From: an uncultured delta proteobacterium
GTDB lineage: Bacteria > Myxococcota > Myxococcia > Myxococcales > Myxococcaceae
Direction: 5' to 3'
NCBI GenBank assembly: GCA_963776345.1
Contig: CAVZMH010000001.1
Coordinates: forward strand, 32,001 to 96,000
DNA: 64,000 nucleotides
The position numbers were made by a program, and so were the translations under genes. This document shows, piece after piece, positions 1 through 8,548 of this stretch. The notes under the pieces were generated by a model. That model had not been told where the DNA came from and ran no database searches. It was given only the letters and a program-made list of their open reading frames with translations. Position 1 is the stretch's first letter, and every line of letters starts with the position of its first letter.

Positions 1-405
1 GTTCGAGGCGTTGAACTTCTTCACCTCGATGCTCTGGAGGTCGGCGGGAAGGGTGGGGCGGAGCGCGTTCAGCTCGCGCAGCACGTCGTCGTACTTGCGG
101 TCGGGATCCGTGCCGGCGTTGAACTCGATGCTCAGGACCGCCAGGCCGTCGCTCATCTCGGACTTGAGCGTCTTCACCTCGTCCAGCGCCTTGAGCTTGG
201 CCTCGATGGGGTCGACGACCAGCTTCTCGAGGTCGGTGGGCACCGCGCCCGGGTAGACGACGGCGATGGCGAAGTTGGGGTAGGGGAAGCTCGGGTCCTC
301 GGACTTGGGAATGCTCAGGAGCGACGAGCCGCCGAGCGCGGCGAGCATCCCGAAGACGACGACGGTGAACTGCCAGCGGCGGACGGAGAAGGCGGCGAGA
401 CCCAC
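1..405 (-). CDS. RND efflux transporter permease (AcrB/CzcA family), 5' part, truncated by window edge
   Basis: Manual translation from GTG at 405: MGLAAFSVRRWQFTVVVFGMLAALGGSSLLSIPKSEDPSFPYPNFAIAVVYPGAVPTDLEKLVVDPIE. This is a typical RND N-terminus (TM1, E-D-P, YPGA...E). Lies directly downstream of an MFP gene. Confidence 0.9.
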   Translation of the reverse strand, partial: MGLAAFSVRRWQFTVVVFGMLAALGGSSLLSIPKSEDPSFPYPNFAIAVVYPGAVPTDLEKLVVDPIEAKLKALDEVKTLKSEMSDGLAVLSIEFNAGTDPDRKYDDVLRELNALRPTLPADLQSIEVKKFNASN

Positions 406-413
406 GGCCGGCC

Positions 414-1454
414 TCACTGGACCCGCGCCACGGGCAGGCCCGGGCGGAGATAGGGAGCGCCGTCGGTCACCACCTCGGTGACCTGATCCAGGCCCTGGAG
501 CACCGCGACGCGCGGGCCCTCGATGAAGCCGATGGTCACCGGCACCCGGCGGGCCCGGTTGTCCCCGGCGGAGACCGTGTACACGGCGGCGCTCCGCCCG
601 CTGCCCTCGACCAGCGCCTCGACCGGCACCGCCCACAGCTCGGGCGGCGCGCCGGGGACGATCTCCACCTTGGCCACCAGCCCCGAGAGGAGGGTGGAGC
701 CCGCCGCCTCCACCGCCACCTCCACCTCGAAGGTGCCGGTCTGCGGCGAGGCCCCGCCGGCGATCTGGGTCACCCGGGCGGAGAAGGTCCGGTCGGGGAA
801 GGCGTCGAAGCGGACGGTGGCCAGGTCCCCCAGCCGCACCTGCACCGCGTCGCGGTCGCTCAGGCCGAGCTTCACCACCCAGCCCCGGGTGGCGCCGCGC
901 ACCAGCAGCACCGGCGTCCCGGCGCCAACCTGCTCGTGCGCCTCGACCAGCCGGCGCTGCACCTGCCCGTCGTCCGGCGCCCGCAGCTCGGAGACCACCC
1001 GGGCGTGGCGGGCCTGGCGGAGAGAGGCCCGGGCCAGCTCGACCGCGGTCTCGGCGTCCTGGAGGCTGACCCGGGCGACCGCCCCCGCAGAGGCGAGCCG
1101 CTCGATGCGCGCCCGGTCCCGCTCCGCCTTCTCGTAGGCCGCGTTCGCCTGGACCAGCGCCGCGTCGGCGTCGAGCGTGTCGAGGGTGGCGAGGACCTGG
1201 CCACGCCGGACCGTCTGGCCCTCGCGGACCAGGATGCGGTCCACGGTGCCGCCGCTCCGGAAGGCGAGCGCCATCTCCTGCTTGCCCCCGAGGCGACCCG
1301 CGGCGCGGATCGGCCGGAGCACCTTCTCCCGGACGACCGGCGCAGTCCGGACGGCGATGGGGGCCGGAGTGGCCGGGGCAGCCGGCGGCCTGGTGCAGCC
1401 GGCGAGCAGGGAGAACAGACCGAGGAAAAGCAGCGCGACACGGCGGACGGACAT
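414..1454 (-). CDS. RND efflux periplasmic adaptor (membrane fusion protein), lipoprotein
   Basis: Lipobox LLAGC; lipoyl half-motifs GTVDRILVREGQTVRRGQVLATLD and LRAPDDGQV; helical hairpin; SD AGGAGG upstream. Confidence 0.93.
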   Translation of the reverse strand: MSVRRVALLFLGLFSLLAGCTRPPAAPATPAPIAVRTAPVVREKVLRPIRAAGRLGGKQEMALAFRSGGTVDRILVREGQTVRRGQVLATLDTLDADAALVQANAAYEKAERDRARIERLASAGAVARVSLQDAETAVELARASLRQARHARVVSELRAPDDGQVQRRLVEAHEQVGAGTPVLLVRGATRGWVVKLGLSDRDAVQVRLGDLATVRFDAFPDRTFSARVTQIAGGASPQTGTFEVEVAVEAAGSTLLSGLVAKVEIVPGAPPELWAVPVEALVEGSGRSAAVYTVSAGDNRARRVPVTIGFIEGPRVAVLQGLDQVTEVVTDGAPYLRPGLPVARVQ

Positions 1455-1477
1455 GCCCGACCTCCTGAATGTGGCTG

Positions 1478-1506
1478 GTGGTAACTCTGGATGTGTCCAG
1501 CGTCAA
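1478..1506 (-). promoter_or_regulatory. Candidate sigma70 promoter with palindromic operator for the RND operon
   Basis: Minus strand reads TTGACG-17nt-TACCAC. The spacer contains the inverted repeat CTGGA-N4-TCCAG (1487-1500). Confidence 0.45.
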
Positions 1507-1656
1507 CTTGAGATGTCGACGGGACGCAAGCTCCCGAGATCACGGGCCGCTCGCGCCGAGGTCGGGCCGATGAGGCTTTCAGGTGCCGGGTGATGTCATG
1601 GGCGCGCGTCCCGGGCGCTCGTTCTCGCCCGGGTGACGCCGGGACCCTTGTCGCCC

Positions 1657-2121
1657 TCAGCCGGGCTGCGCGCGGCCGGAGTAGACGCGGAGGATGAGGA
1701 GCTCGAGCGTGTCCTTCGGGCGCTCCACCACCACGGAGTCGCCGGCCGAGCGCCCGAGCAGGGCCGCGCCGAGCGGCGAATCGACCCGCACCCAGCCCCG
1801 GGCCGCGTCCGCCTCGTCGCCACCCACCAGCCGCAGCTCGCGCCGGCTGCCGTCCGCATCCTCCACCTCGAGGTAGGCGCCGAGCACTGCCCGTCCGTCG
1901 GCGCCCGCATCGGGGGCGGCCGGCACCGCCCGCTCGAGCAGCACATCCAGCGCGCGGCGACGCTCGTCAGCGCCCGGCGCGTCGGTACCCTCCAGGGCCG
2001 CACGCTCGCGCAGCAGGCGGGCGTGCCCGTCGGCCGTCAGCGGACGTGGGCCCACCGGGCCACGGCGCCCGGGCAGCGGCGGGGGCACCACGTCGTCCTC
2101 TCGGGTGAACGCCTTGCTCAT
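1657..2121 (-). CDS. GreA/GreB-family protein with short N-terminal coiled coil
   Basis: Starts MSKAFTREDD. C-terminal GreA_GreB domain ends LRLVGGDEAD...VDSPLGAALLGRSAGD. Confidence 0.85.
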   Translation of the reverse strand: MSKAFTREDDVVPPPLPGRRGPVGPRPLTADGHARLLRERAALEGTDAPGADERRRALDVLLERAVPAAPDAGADGRAVLGAYLEVEDADGSRRELRLVGGDEADAARGWVRVDSPLGAALLGRSAGDSVVVERPKDTLELLILRVYSGRAQPG

Positions 2122-2193
2122 GGGGCGTGGGGAACGGTGCGCCTCCTCCAGCAGCCGAGTCAACGAGGGTAGACTCCCCGTGACGAGCACCCC

Positions 2194-3354
2194 ATGACGC
2201 TGGATCCGATCGCGCTGGCCGTTCCGTTCTTCTTCCTCCTCATCGGGCTGGAGCTGCTCGTCGCGCGTGTCCGGCACCGGCGCGTCTACCGCTTCACCGA
2301 CAGCTTCTCCGACCTGGGCTGCGGGGTGACCCAGCGGGTGGTCCTGCTCCTCTTCGAGGCCGCGCTCCTCGCCGGCTACGCCTTCGTCCATGCGCACGCC
2401 CGGCTGTGGACCTTCGCCCCGGGGAGCGTCTGGCCCTGGGTCATCGCCATCGTGGGGGTGGACCTCGGCTACTACTGGTGGCACCGCCTCTCGCACGAGG
2501 TGAACGTCCTGTGGGCGGTGCACGCCGTGCATCACCAGAGCGAGGACTACAACCTCGCGGTCGCGCTCCGACAGGCGGTGCTCTCGCCGCTGACGGTGAT
2601 GCCCTTCTACCTGCCGCTGGCGGTGCTCGGCGTCCCGCTCACCGTCTTCTTCATCGTCAACGCGCTCAGCACGCTCTACCAGTTCTGGATCCACACCGAG
2701 CTGGTGGACCGGATGGGCGCGCTGGAGAAGGTGGTGAACACCCCCTCGCTCCACCGGGTCCACCACGCGGTGAACCCCGAGTACCTGGACCGGAACTACG
2801 CCGCGACCTTCATCCTCTGGGACCAGCTCTTCGGAACGCTGCGCCGAGAGGAGGCGCCACCGGTGTACGGGGTCAGCCACCCGCTCCGGAGCTTCGATCC
2901 GGTCTGGGCGCAGGTGCAGCCGCTCTGGGGGCTGGTGCAGGCCGTGCGGCGCGCGCCGTCGCCGGGCCAGGCGCTCCGTTTCCTCCTCGCCTCGCCGGCC
3001 TGGCACCCGGATTGGCTCGGTCCGGCCACGCCGCGGCGCGGGGTCGACCCCGAGGCGCTGCCCAAGTTCGACGTGCAGCCCGGTCGGCAGCGGACCTGGT
3101 ACGTCGGCGCCCAGCTCACGCTGATCATCGTCGTCGCCTTCGCCCTCCTCACCTGGCACCAGGCGCTCTCCTTCACCGCGCTGGCCACCGCGGTGGCCTG
3201 GGTCCTGGTCTCGCTCGTCGCCGGGGCCGCACTGCTCGAGGGCCGGCGGTGGGCGGTGGGGCTGGAGATGGCCCGGATGGGCCTGCTCGCCGGGGCGGTG
3301 GCGATGGTGCTCCTGGTCCCGTCGCTCGGGCCGGTGCTGTTCGCGAGCCGCTGA
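2194..3354 (+). CDS. Sterol desaturase/fatty acid hydroxylase family membrane enzyme, alkylglycerol monooxygenase-like
   Basis: His boxes HRLSHEVN, HAVHHQSEDYNL, WIHTE and TPSLHRVHH; multiple TM segments. Confidence 0.88.
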   Translation: MTLDPIALAVPFFFLLIGLELLVARVRHRRVYRFTDSFSDLGCGVTQRVVLLLFEAALLAGYAFVHAHARLWTFAPGSVWPWVIAIVGVDLGYYWWHRLSHEVNVLWAVHAVHHQSEDYNLAVALRQAVLSPLTVMPFYLPLAVLGVPLTVFFIVNALSTLYQFWIHTELVDRMGALEKVVNTPSLHRVHHAVNPEYLDRNYAATFILWDQLFGTLRREEAPPVYGVSHPLRSFDPVWAQVQPLWGLVQAVRRAPSPGQALRFLLASPAWHPDWLGPATPRRGVDPEALPKFDVQPGRQRTWYVGAQLTLIIVVAFALLTWHQALSFTALATAVAWVLVSLVAGAALLEGRRWAVGLEMARMGLLAGAVAMVLLVPSLGPVLFASR

Positions 3355-3478
3355 CCGCGACGTCAATCGCAACGCCGCGGCGCCGGCGCGCCTTCGCCGT
3401 CGGTGCTTGACACTCGCGCCGGCGCCCGGGGACGCTCGCGCGCTCCTCGCAGCTCGCATCCTTGCCGGGAGGGCCGAG

Positions 3479-4717
3479 ATGGGGACCAGGCGGCAGTTCC
3501 TGAAGGACCTCGCCGGTGGCGCAGCGCTGATCGGCTCGGGTGCGCTGCTGCCGTCGCTGGCCCGCGCGGCGGAGGCGACGTCGGTCGGCCCGGCCACCCT
3601 CCCTCCCGGCACGCTCGAGACGTCGTTTCTGGAGACGCTCCCGGGGAAGAGGCCGCTCATCAAGCGGACCTACCGTCCGCCGAACTTCGAGACCCCGCTC
3701 GAGGTCTTCGGCCAGATCTTCACCCCCAACGACGCCTTCTTCGTCCGCTATCACCTTGCGCGCATCCCGGAGGTGGCCGCGGCCGACTGGAAGCTGGAGA
3801 TCGGCGGCGACTCGGTGGAGAAGCCCTTCACCCTCGATCTCCCGTCGCTGCAGCGCGACTTCGAGCAGGTCGAGCTCGCCGCGGTCTGCCAGTGCTCGGG
3901 CAACCGCCGCGGCCTCTCCGACCCCCACGTGGCCGGCGTCGAGTGGGGCGTCGGGGCGATGGGCAACGCGCGCTGGAAGGGCGTTCGCCTGAAGGACGTG
4001 CTCGCCAGGGCCGCACCGAAGAAGGAGGCGCTGGAGGTGGTCTTCAACGGCGCCGACCACGGCTCGCTCGAGGCCACCCCGGACTTCATGAAGTGCATCC
4101 CCGTCTGGAAGGCGCTCGACGAGAACACGCTGCTCGCCTGGCAGATGAACGGCGAGCCACTCCCGCACTGGAACGGCGCACCGGTGCGGGTCGTCGTCCC
4201 CGGATGGACCGCGACCTACTGGATGAAGCACGTCATCTCCATCCAGGTCGTCTCCCAGCCCTTCAAGAACTTCTGGATGTCCACCGCCTACCGGATCCCC
4301 AAGGGGAAGTTCCCGGTCGTCGATCGCTTCCTCTCGCAGGAGACGGAGGTCAACACGCCGATCACCGACATGGTGGTGAACTCGCTCCTCACCAGCCCCC
4401 GCGAAGGCCAGCGGTTCCGCCCCGGGCAGCCGGTCGAGGTGAAGGGCATCGCCTGGGACAACGGCAGCGGCATCCGGACGGTCGAGGTCTCCGCCGACGA
4501 AGGCCGCAGCTGGCAGACGGCGACGCTGGACCAGGACCTCGGGCGCTTCTCGTTCCGCGGCTTTCGCCACGCGTTCAAGGCCGGCGCCAAGGGAGAGGTC
4601 TCGGTCCTCGCCAAGGCCACCAACCGCATGGGGGCCTCCCAGGCCTTCGAGCTGGTCTTCAATCCCGCCGGCTACCACAACAACGTCGTCTCCCGGGTCA
4701 CGGTCCGGGTCGGATAG
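3479..4717 (+). CDS. sorA: Molybdopterin sulfite oxidase-family enzyme (SorA-like), Tat-exported
   Basis: Tat signal TRRQFLK; FFVRYH, CSGNRR (Mo-ligating Cys), MNGEPLPHWNGAPVRVVVPGW; C-terminal GYHNN. Confidence 0.85.
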   Translation: MGTRRQFLKDLAGGAALIGSGALLPSLARAAEATSVGPATLPPGTLETSFLETLPGKRPLIKRTYRPPNFETPLEVFGQIFTPNDAFFVRYHLARIPEVAAADWKLEIGGDSVEKPFTLDLPSLQRDFEQVELAAVCQCSGNRRGLSDPHVAGVEWGVGAMGNARWKGVRLKDVLARAAPKKEALEVVFNGADHGSLEATPDFMKCIPVWKALDENTLLAWQMNGEPLPHWNGAPVRVVVPGWTATYWMKHVISIQVVSQPFKNFWMSTAYRIPKGKFPVVDRFLSQETEVNTPITDMVVNSLLTSPREGQRFRPGQPVEVKGIAWDNGSGIRTVEVSADEGRSWQTATLDQDLGRFSFRGFRHAFKAGAKGEVSVLAKATNRMGASQAFELVFNPAGYHNNVVSRVTVRVG

Positions 4718-4727
4718 GGGCACCCCG

Positions 4728-5006
4728 ATGACCGCGCTGCTCGTCCTCGCCCTCCTCTCCTCCTCGCCGGCGTACCCCGACGAGAACCGGGTCCAGCTCA
4801 AGGAGGGCCCGGCCCGGGACCTGGTGCTCGGCCGATGCGCCGCCTGCCACAGCCAGGACTACATCCCCATGAACTCGCCGTTCCTGGACCGCAAGGGCTG
4901 GGAGGCCGAGGTCAACAAGATGGTCAAGGTGTTCGGCGCGCCGATGGAGCCCGAGGAGCTGACGAGGGTCGTCGATTACCTCGCCACCAACTACGGGAAG
5001 AAGTAG
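4728..5006 (+). CDS. sorB: Monoheme cytochrome c (SorB-like)
   Basis: Signal peptide, CAACH heme motif, W...VNKMVKVFGAP; 10 nt downstream of the sorA-like gene. Confidence 0.85.
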   Translation: MTALLVLALLSSSPAYPDENRVQLKEGPARDLVLGRCAACHSQDYIPMNSPFLDRKGWEAEVNKMVKVFGAPMEPEELTRVVDYLATNYGKK

Positions 5007-5214
5007 CGCCCGCTCGCCGGAACGGTGATGCGGGCTAACGTCGAGACCACTTGGATCGACCGGATGATCGCGCCGCAATCGCGGCCGAGGCCTAGGAGCG
5101 ACGACGGAGCGTGGCCGTCGTCACGTGACGGAGGAGCGACGCGGCGATCGGGCCGCGAGGGCAAGCGAGGGACGGATCGATCCAAGTGGTTTCGGCGTTA
5201 GGTTCGGTCCGAAG

Positions 5215-6264
5215 ATGGACCCCACCCGCCTCGACGGCTCGCAGATCTTCTCCTGGATCCTGGTGGGGCTGGCGCTGGCCCTGCTCTGGGCCATCCTCCA
5301 GCCGTTCTGGAGCGCGCTGCTCCTGGCGGCGGTGCTGGCCGGCGTCTTCTCGGGCCTCCAGCCACGGCTCGCGGGACGGCTCGGGGGTCGCGCGGGGATC
5401 GCCGCGGGGCTGCTGACCCTGCTGGTGCTGCTGGCCATCGTGCTCCCCTTCGGCGCGATCCTCGGGATCCTGGCCAGAGAGCTCCTCCAGGTCATCGACT
5501 CGGTCCGCTCGAGTCTGCAAGAAAGCGGCGTCTCGGGGCTCGTCCACCGACTGCCCGTGCCGCTCCAGGCGCTGGCCGAGCGCGCCGTGCAGGCAGCCGG
5601 GGGCGGGCAGAGCTGGGTGCAGATGGTCCAGTCACAGAGCGGGAGGGCCGCCACTGCGGCGCGCGCCCTCCTCTCCGCGACCTCGCACGCGGTGGTCGAG
5701 GCGGTGCTGATGCTCATCGCCTTCTACTTCCTCCTCCTCGACGGGCACCGGCTGGTGGGCTGGCTGGAGCGAATGGCGCCGCTTCCCCCGGGTCGCTTCC
5801 GCAGCTTCCTCTCCGAGTTCCGGAACGTCTCCCGCGCGGTGGTGGTCTCCATCGTCGGGACGGCCGCGGTGCAGGCCACCGCGGCGCTGGTGGGCTACCT
5901 CATCGCCGGGGTGCCCAACGCCATCCTCTTCACCCTGCTGACCTTCTTCATGTCCTTCATTCCCTCGGTGGGGGCGGCCAGCGTGCCGCTGCTGCTCTCG
6001 GTGGTGCTCTTCTTCCAGGGCCGGACCGGGTGGGGCGTCTTCCTCGTGCTCTGGGCCATCCTGGTGGTGGGGCTGATCGACAACGTGGTGAAGCCGCTGC
6101 TGATCAAGGGCGGGGTGGAGATGCACGGGGCGGTGGTCTTCTTCGCGCTGCTCGGGGGCCTGGCGGCGTTCGGGCCGGTGGGGCTCATCGCCGGCCCGCT
6201 GGTGGTCGCCTTCTTCATCGCCATCAGCCGGGCCTCGGCGCGACCGGACGCGCCGCCGGGCTGA
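5215..6264 (+). CDS. AI-2E family transporter
   Basis: Multi-TM protein with SFIPSVGA, IDNVVKP and GGLAAFGPVGLIAGP motifs. Confidence 0.9.
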   Translation: MDPTRLDGSQIFSWILVGLALALLWAILQPFWSALLLAAVLAGVFSGLQPRLAGRLGGRAGIAAGLLTLLVLLAIVLPFGAILGILARELLQVIDSVRSSLQESGVSGLVHRLPVPLQALAERAVQAAGGGQSWVQMVQSQSGRAATAARALLSATSHAVVEAVLMLIAFYFLLLDGHRLVGWLERMAPLPPGRFRSFLSEFRNVSRAVVVSIVGTAAVQATAALVGYLIAGVPNAILFTLLTFFMSFIPSVGAASVPLLLSVVLFFQGRTGWGVFLVLWAILVVGLIDNVVKPLLIKGGVEMHGAVVFFALLGGLAAFGPVGLIAGPLVVAFFIAISRASARPDAPPG

Positions 6265-6279
6265 GGGTCGAGCGGGGCG

Positions 6280-7086
6280 TCACCCCTGGGCGTCGAGGAA
6301 GGTGCGCAGCGCCGCGGTCACCGCCTCGGGGGCGTCGATGGGCGACATGTGCCCCGCGCGCGGGATGCGCACCAGCCGCGCGCCGGCGATGCCCGCGGCG
6401 ATCTCCGCCGATCGCGCGGGCACCGTCGCCGTGTCCTCCTCGCCCACCAGCACCAGGGTGGGGCAGCGGATCCGCGAGAGCAGCGACAGCACGCTCTCCC
6501 GCTGGAGCACGCCCTCCACCGCCCGCGGCATCGCCCGCCGATCGAGCGCCAGAAGATGCTCCCGCCAGGCGCGCAGGTCCGCGGCCCGGGCGGGATCGCT
6601 CCGTGCGCTCGCCCCGTGCATGATGGCCTGCACCTGCCCCACCACCGGCCGCATCCCGATCCAGCGCGCGACCCACTCCAGCCGGCGGTAGCGCGGCAGG
6701 TTCTTCGCCGGCTCCGGTCCGGCCGAGGTGTCGAGCAGCGCGAGCGAGCGCACCAGCTCCGGACGGCGCGCCGCGAGCCGCATCCCCACGAAGCCGCCCA
6801 TCGACAGGCCGACGAAGTGCACGGGGGCGATGCCGAGCGACTCCACCAGCCCGGCCGCGTCCTCGGCCAGGGTGTCCATGTCCAGACCGGAGACCGGCTT
6901 CGCGCTCTCGCCCTGACCGCGGTGGTCGTACGCGAGGCAACGGTATCGCCCGCGGAGCGCCGCGACCTGCGCGTCCCACATCCGCCGCGAGTAGAGCAGG
7001 CCGTGGGAAAAGAGCACCGTCGGGCCCTGTCCTCCGGCGTCGTCCACCGCGAGCTCCACACCGTTGCAGCGGATGCCAGTCGCCAT
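6280..7086 (-). CDS. Alpha/beta hydrolase (PcaD/enol-lactonase-like)
   Basis: FSHG, YDHRGQGES, nucleophile GLSMGG, GEED, AGHMS. Confidence 0.9.
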   Translation of the reverse strand: MATGIRCNGVELAVDDAGGQGPTVLFSHGLLYSRRMWDAQVAALRGRYRCLAYDHRGQGESAKPVSGLDMDTLAEDAAGLVESLGIAPVHFVGLSMGGFVGMRLAARRPELVRSLALLDTSAGPEPAKNLPRYRRLEWVARWIGMRPVVGQVQAIMHGASARSDPARAADLRAWREHLLALDRRAMPRAVEGVLQRESVLSLLSRIRCPTLVLVGEEDTATVPARSAEIAAGIAGARLVRIPRAGHMSPIDAPEAVTAALRTFLDAQG

Positions 7087-7184
7087 GGGGCGGTAGGCTA
7101 GACGCTCGCCTCGCCGCCGTGGTCGGTGAATAGCGCGCCCGGACAGGGCGTCTCGCCACCAGGCAAGGAAGGACGGAACCGACG

Positions 7185-8462
7185 ATGCGCAGGATGCTCT
7201 GGATGGGATGCGCGCTGCTCGCCTCGGGCTGCGTGGTCCGCGAGTACCGGGAGCCACCGCCGCCTCCCGTGGCGTACCGCCCTCCGCCGCCGCCTCCACC
7301 GGTGGTCGAGCCGGAGCTGGAGATGGACGTGGCGAGCGTCTACCTCGATCCGCCGGTCGATCAGCCGGCCGCGGTGGCCATTCCCTGGGCGCCTCCCCCG
7401 ATGCGCTGGGATCCGCCGCCGCAGCAAACGTTCGTCGACGCGGTCTGGGTCGGCGGCCACTGGACCTGGTGGAATGGCGAGTGGGTCTGGGCGCGCGGGC
7501 GATGGGCGCGTCCCCCCACGCCGGCCTACGTCTACTGCGAGCCGTACTACGAGTACCGGGGCGATGCGGTGGTCTTCGTCCCTGGCTTCTGGAGACCCAT
7601 GGTCCGCGTCTTCGTCCCGCCGCCGCCGATGGTGTACGTGCCGTTGGTCCAGGTGCGGGTGGTTCACGTCGGCTACGCGCGACCGATCGGTCCGCACGGG
7701 GTGTTCGTCCCGGCGCCTCCCGGCTCGCAGCCGGGGGTGATCGTCCCGGCGCCGGTGGGAACGCCGCCGGCCGTGGTGCTCAGCGCGCCGCCGGTCGTCC
7801 GGCCGGGCATGGTGGTGCGTCCGGTGCCGGGCCGCGGCGTGGTCGAGGTCGTGGCTCCGGCCGGCGTCACCCGCGAGGGGCATCCGGTCACCGCCCAGGC
7901 GCCGGTCGTTCCGCGCGACGCGGCCGCGGTCCACCCGGTGGTGGTCGCGCCTCCGCCGCCGGTGCGAGGCACGCCCGTGCCTGCCGGGGTCGGGCCCGCG
8001 GTGGGTGGGACTGCGCCGGTCTCGGTTTCGGAGGGCGACCCTCAGGCCGGGACGATCCGCAAGCCGACCCCTCCGGTGGGCAGGCCCGTCTCGGTCCAGC
8101 CGAGTGCCGGCCCCGTGCCAGTGCGTTCGCTGCCCTCGCCGGGTCAGGCCTCGGGCGGCGCGCCGCCGCTGGTGCGTCCGGTGCTCCGCCCCGAGGCGCT
8201 CGGCGGCGAGAAGGGCGCTCCGCGGCCCTGGCAGGACACGGAGCGGCCGGGCGGTGAGGGTCCGCTGGTCCGTCCGGTGCCCGCGTCGCGCCCCGATGTT
8301 GCGCCCCGGCCGCCGCCGGTCCAGACCGGCGCGCCCCAGCAGACCGCAGCGCCTGCGGCGACGCCGCGGGTCCAGACGCCTCCGCCCCGCCCGCACCCGG
8401 TCCCTCCGAAGGTGACGCCGGAGGATCGCAAGCGGCCGGACCCGCACGAGAACGAGCGCTGA
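7185..8462 (+). CDS. Proline-rich lipoprotein with YXWGXW-type repeats
   Basis: Lipobox LASGC; VWVGGHWTWWNGEWVWARGRW and VFVPGFW repeats; long Pro-rich tail; SD AAGGA upstream. Confidence 0.75.
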   Translation: MRRMLWMGCALLASGCVVREYREPPPPPVAYRPPPPPPPVVEPELEMDVASVYLDPPVDQPAAVAIPWAPPPMRWDPPPQQTFVDAVWVGGHWTWWNGEWVWARGRWARPPTPAYVYCEPYYEYRGDAVVFVPGFWRPMVRVFVPPPPMVYVPLVQVRVVHVGYARPIGPHGVFVPAPPGSQPGVIVPAPVGTPPAVVLSAPPVVRPGMVVRPVPGRGVVEVVAPAGVTREGHPVTAQAPVVPRDAAAVHPVVVAPPPPVRGTPVPAGVGPAVGGTAPVSVSEGDPQAGTIRKPTPPVGRPVSVQPSAGPVPVRSLPSPGQASGGAPPLVRPVLRPEALGGEKGAPRPWQDTERPGGEGPLVRPVPASRPDVAPRPPPVQTGAPQQTAAPAATPRVQTPPPRPHPVPPKVTPEDRKRPDPHENER

Positions 8463-8548
8463 GAAGGCTGGACGCGCCGCGCTCTCCGCGGCTCCGCAGC
8501 CATCCCCGGCAGGGGCTCGAACTCCGGTAGACTCCGGCGTTCCCGCCC

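Noticed and set aside
7126..7152. ECF-sigma-like promoter TGAAT-N17-CGTC upstream of the Pro-rich lipoprotein
   Set aside because: Too short and degenerate to support without a cognate sigma factor or TSS data.
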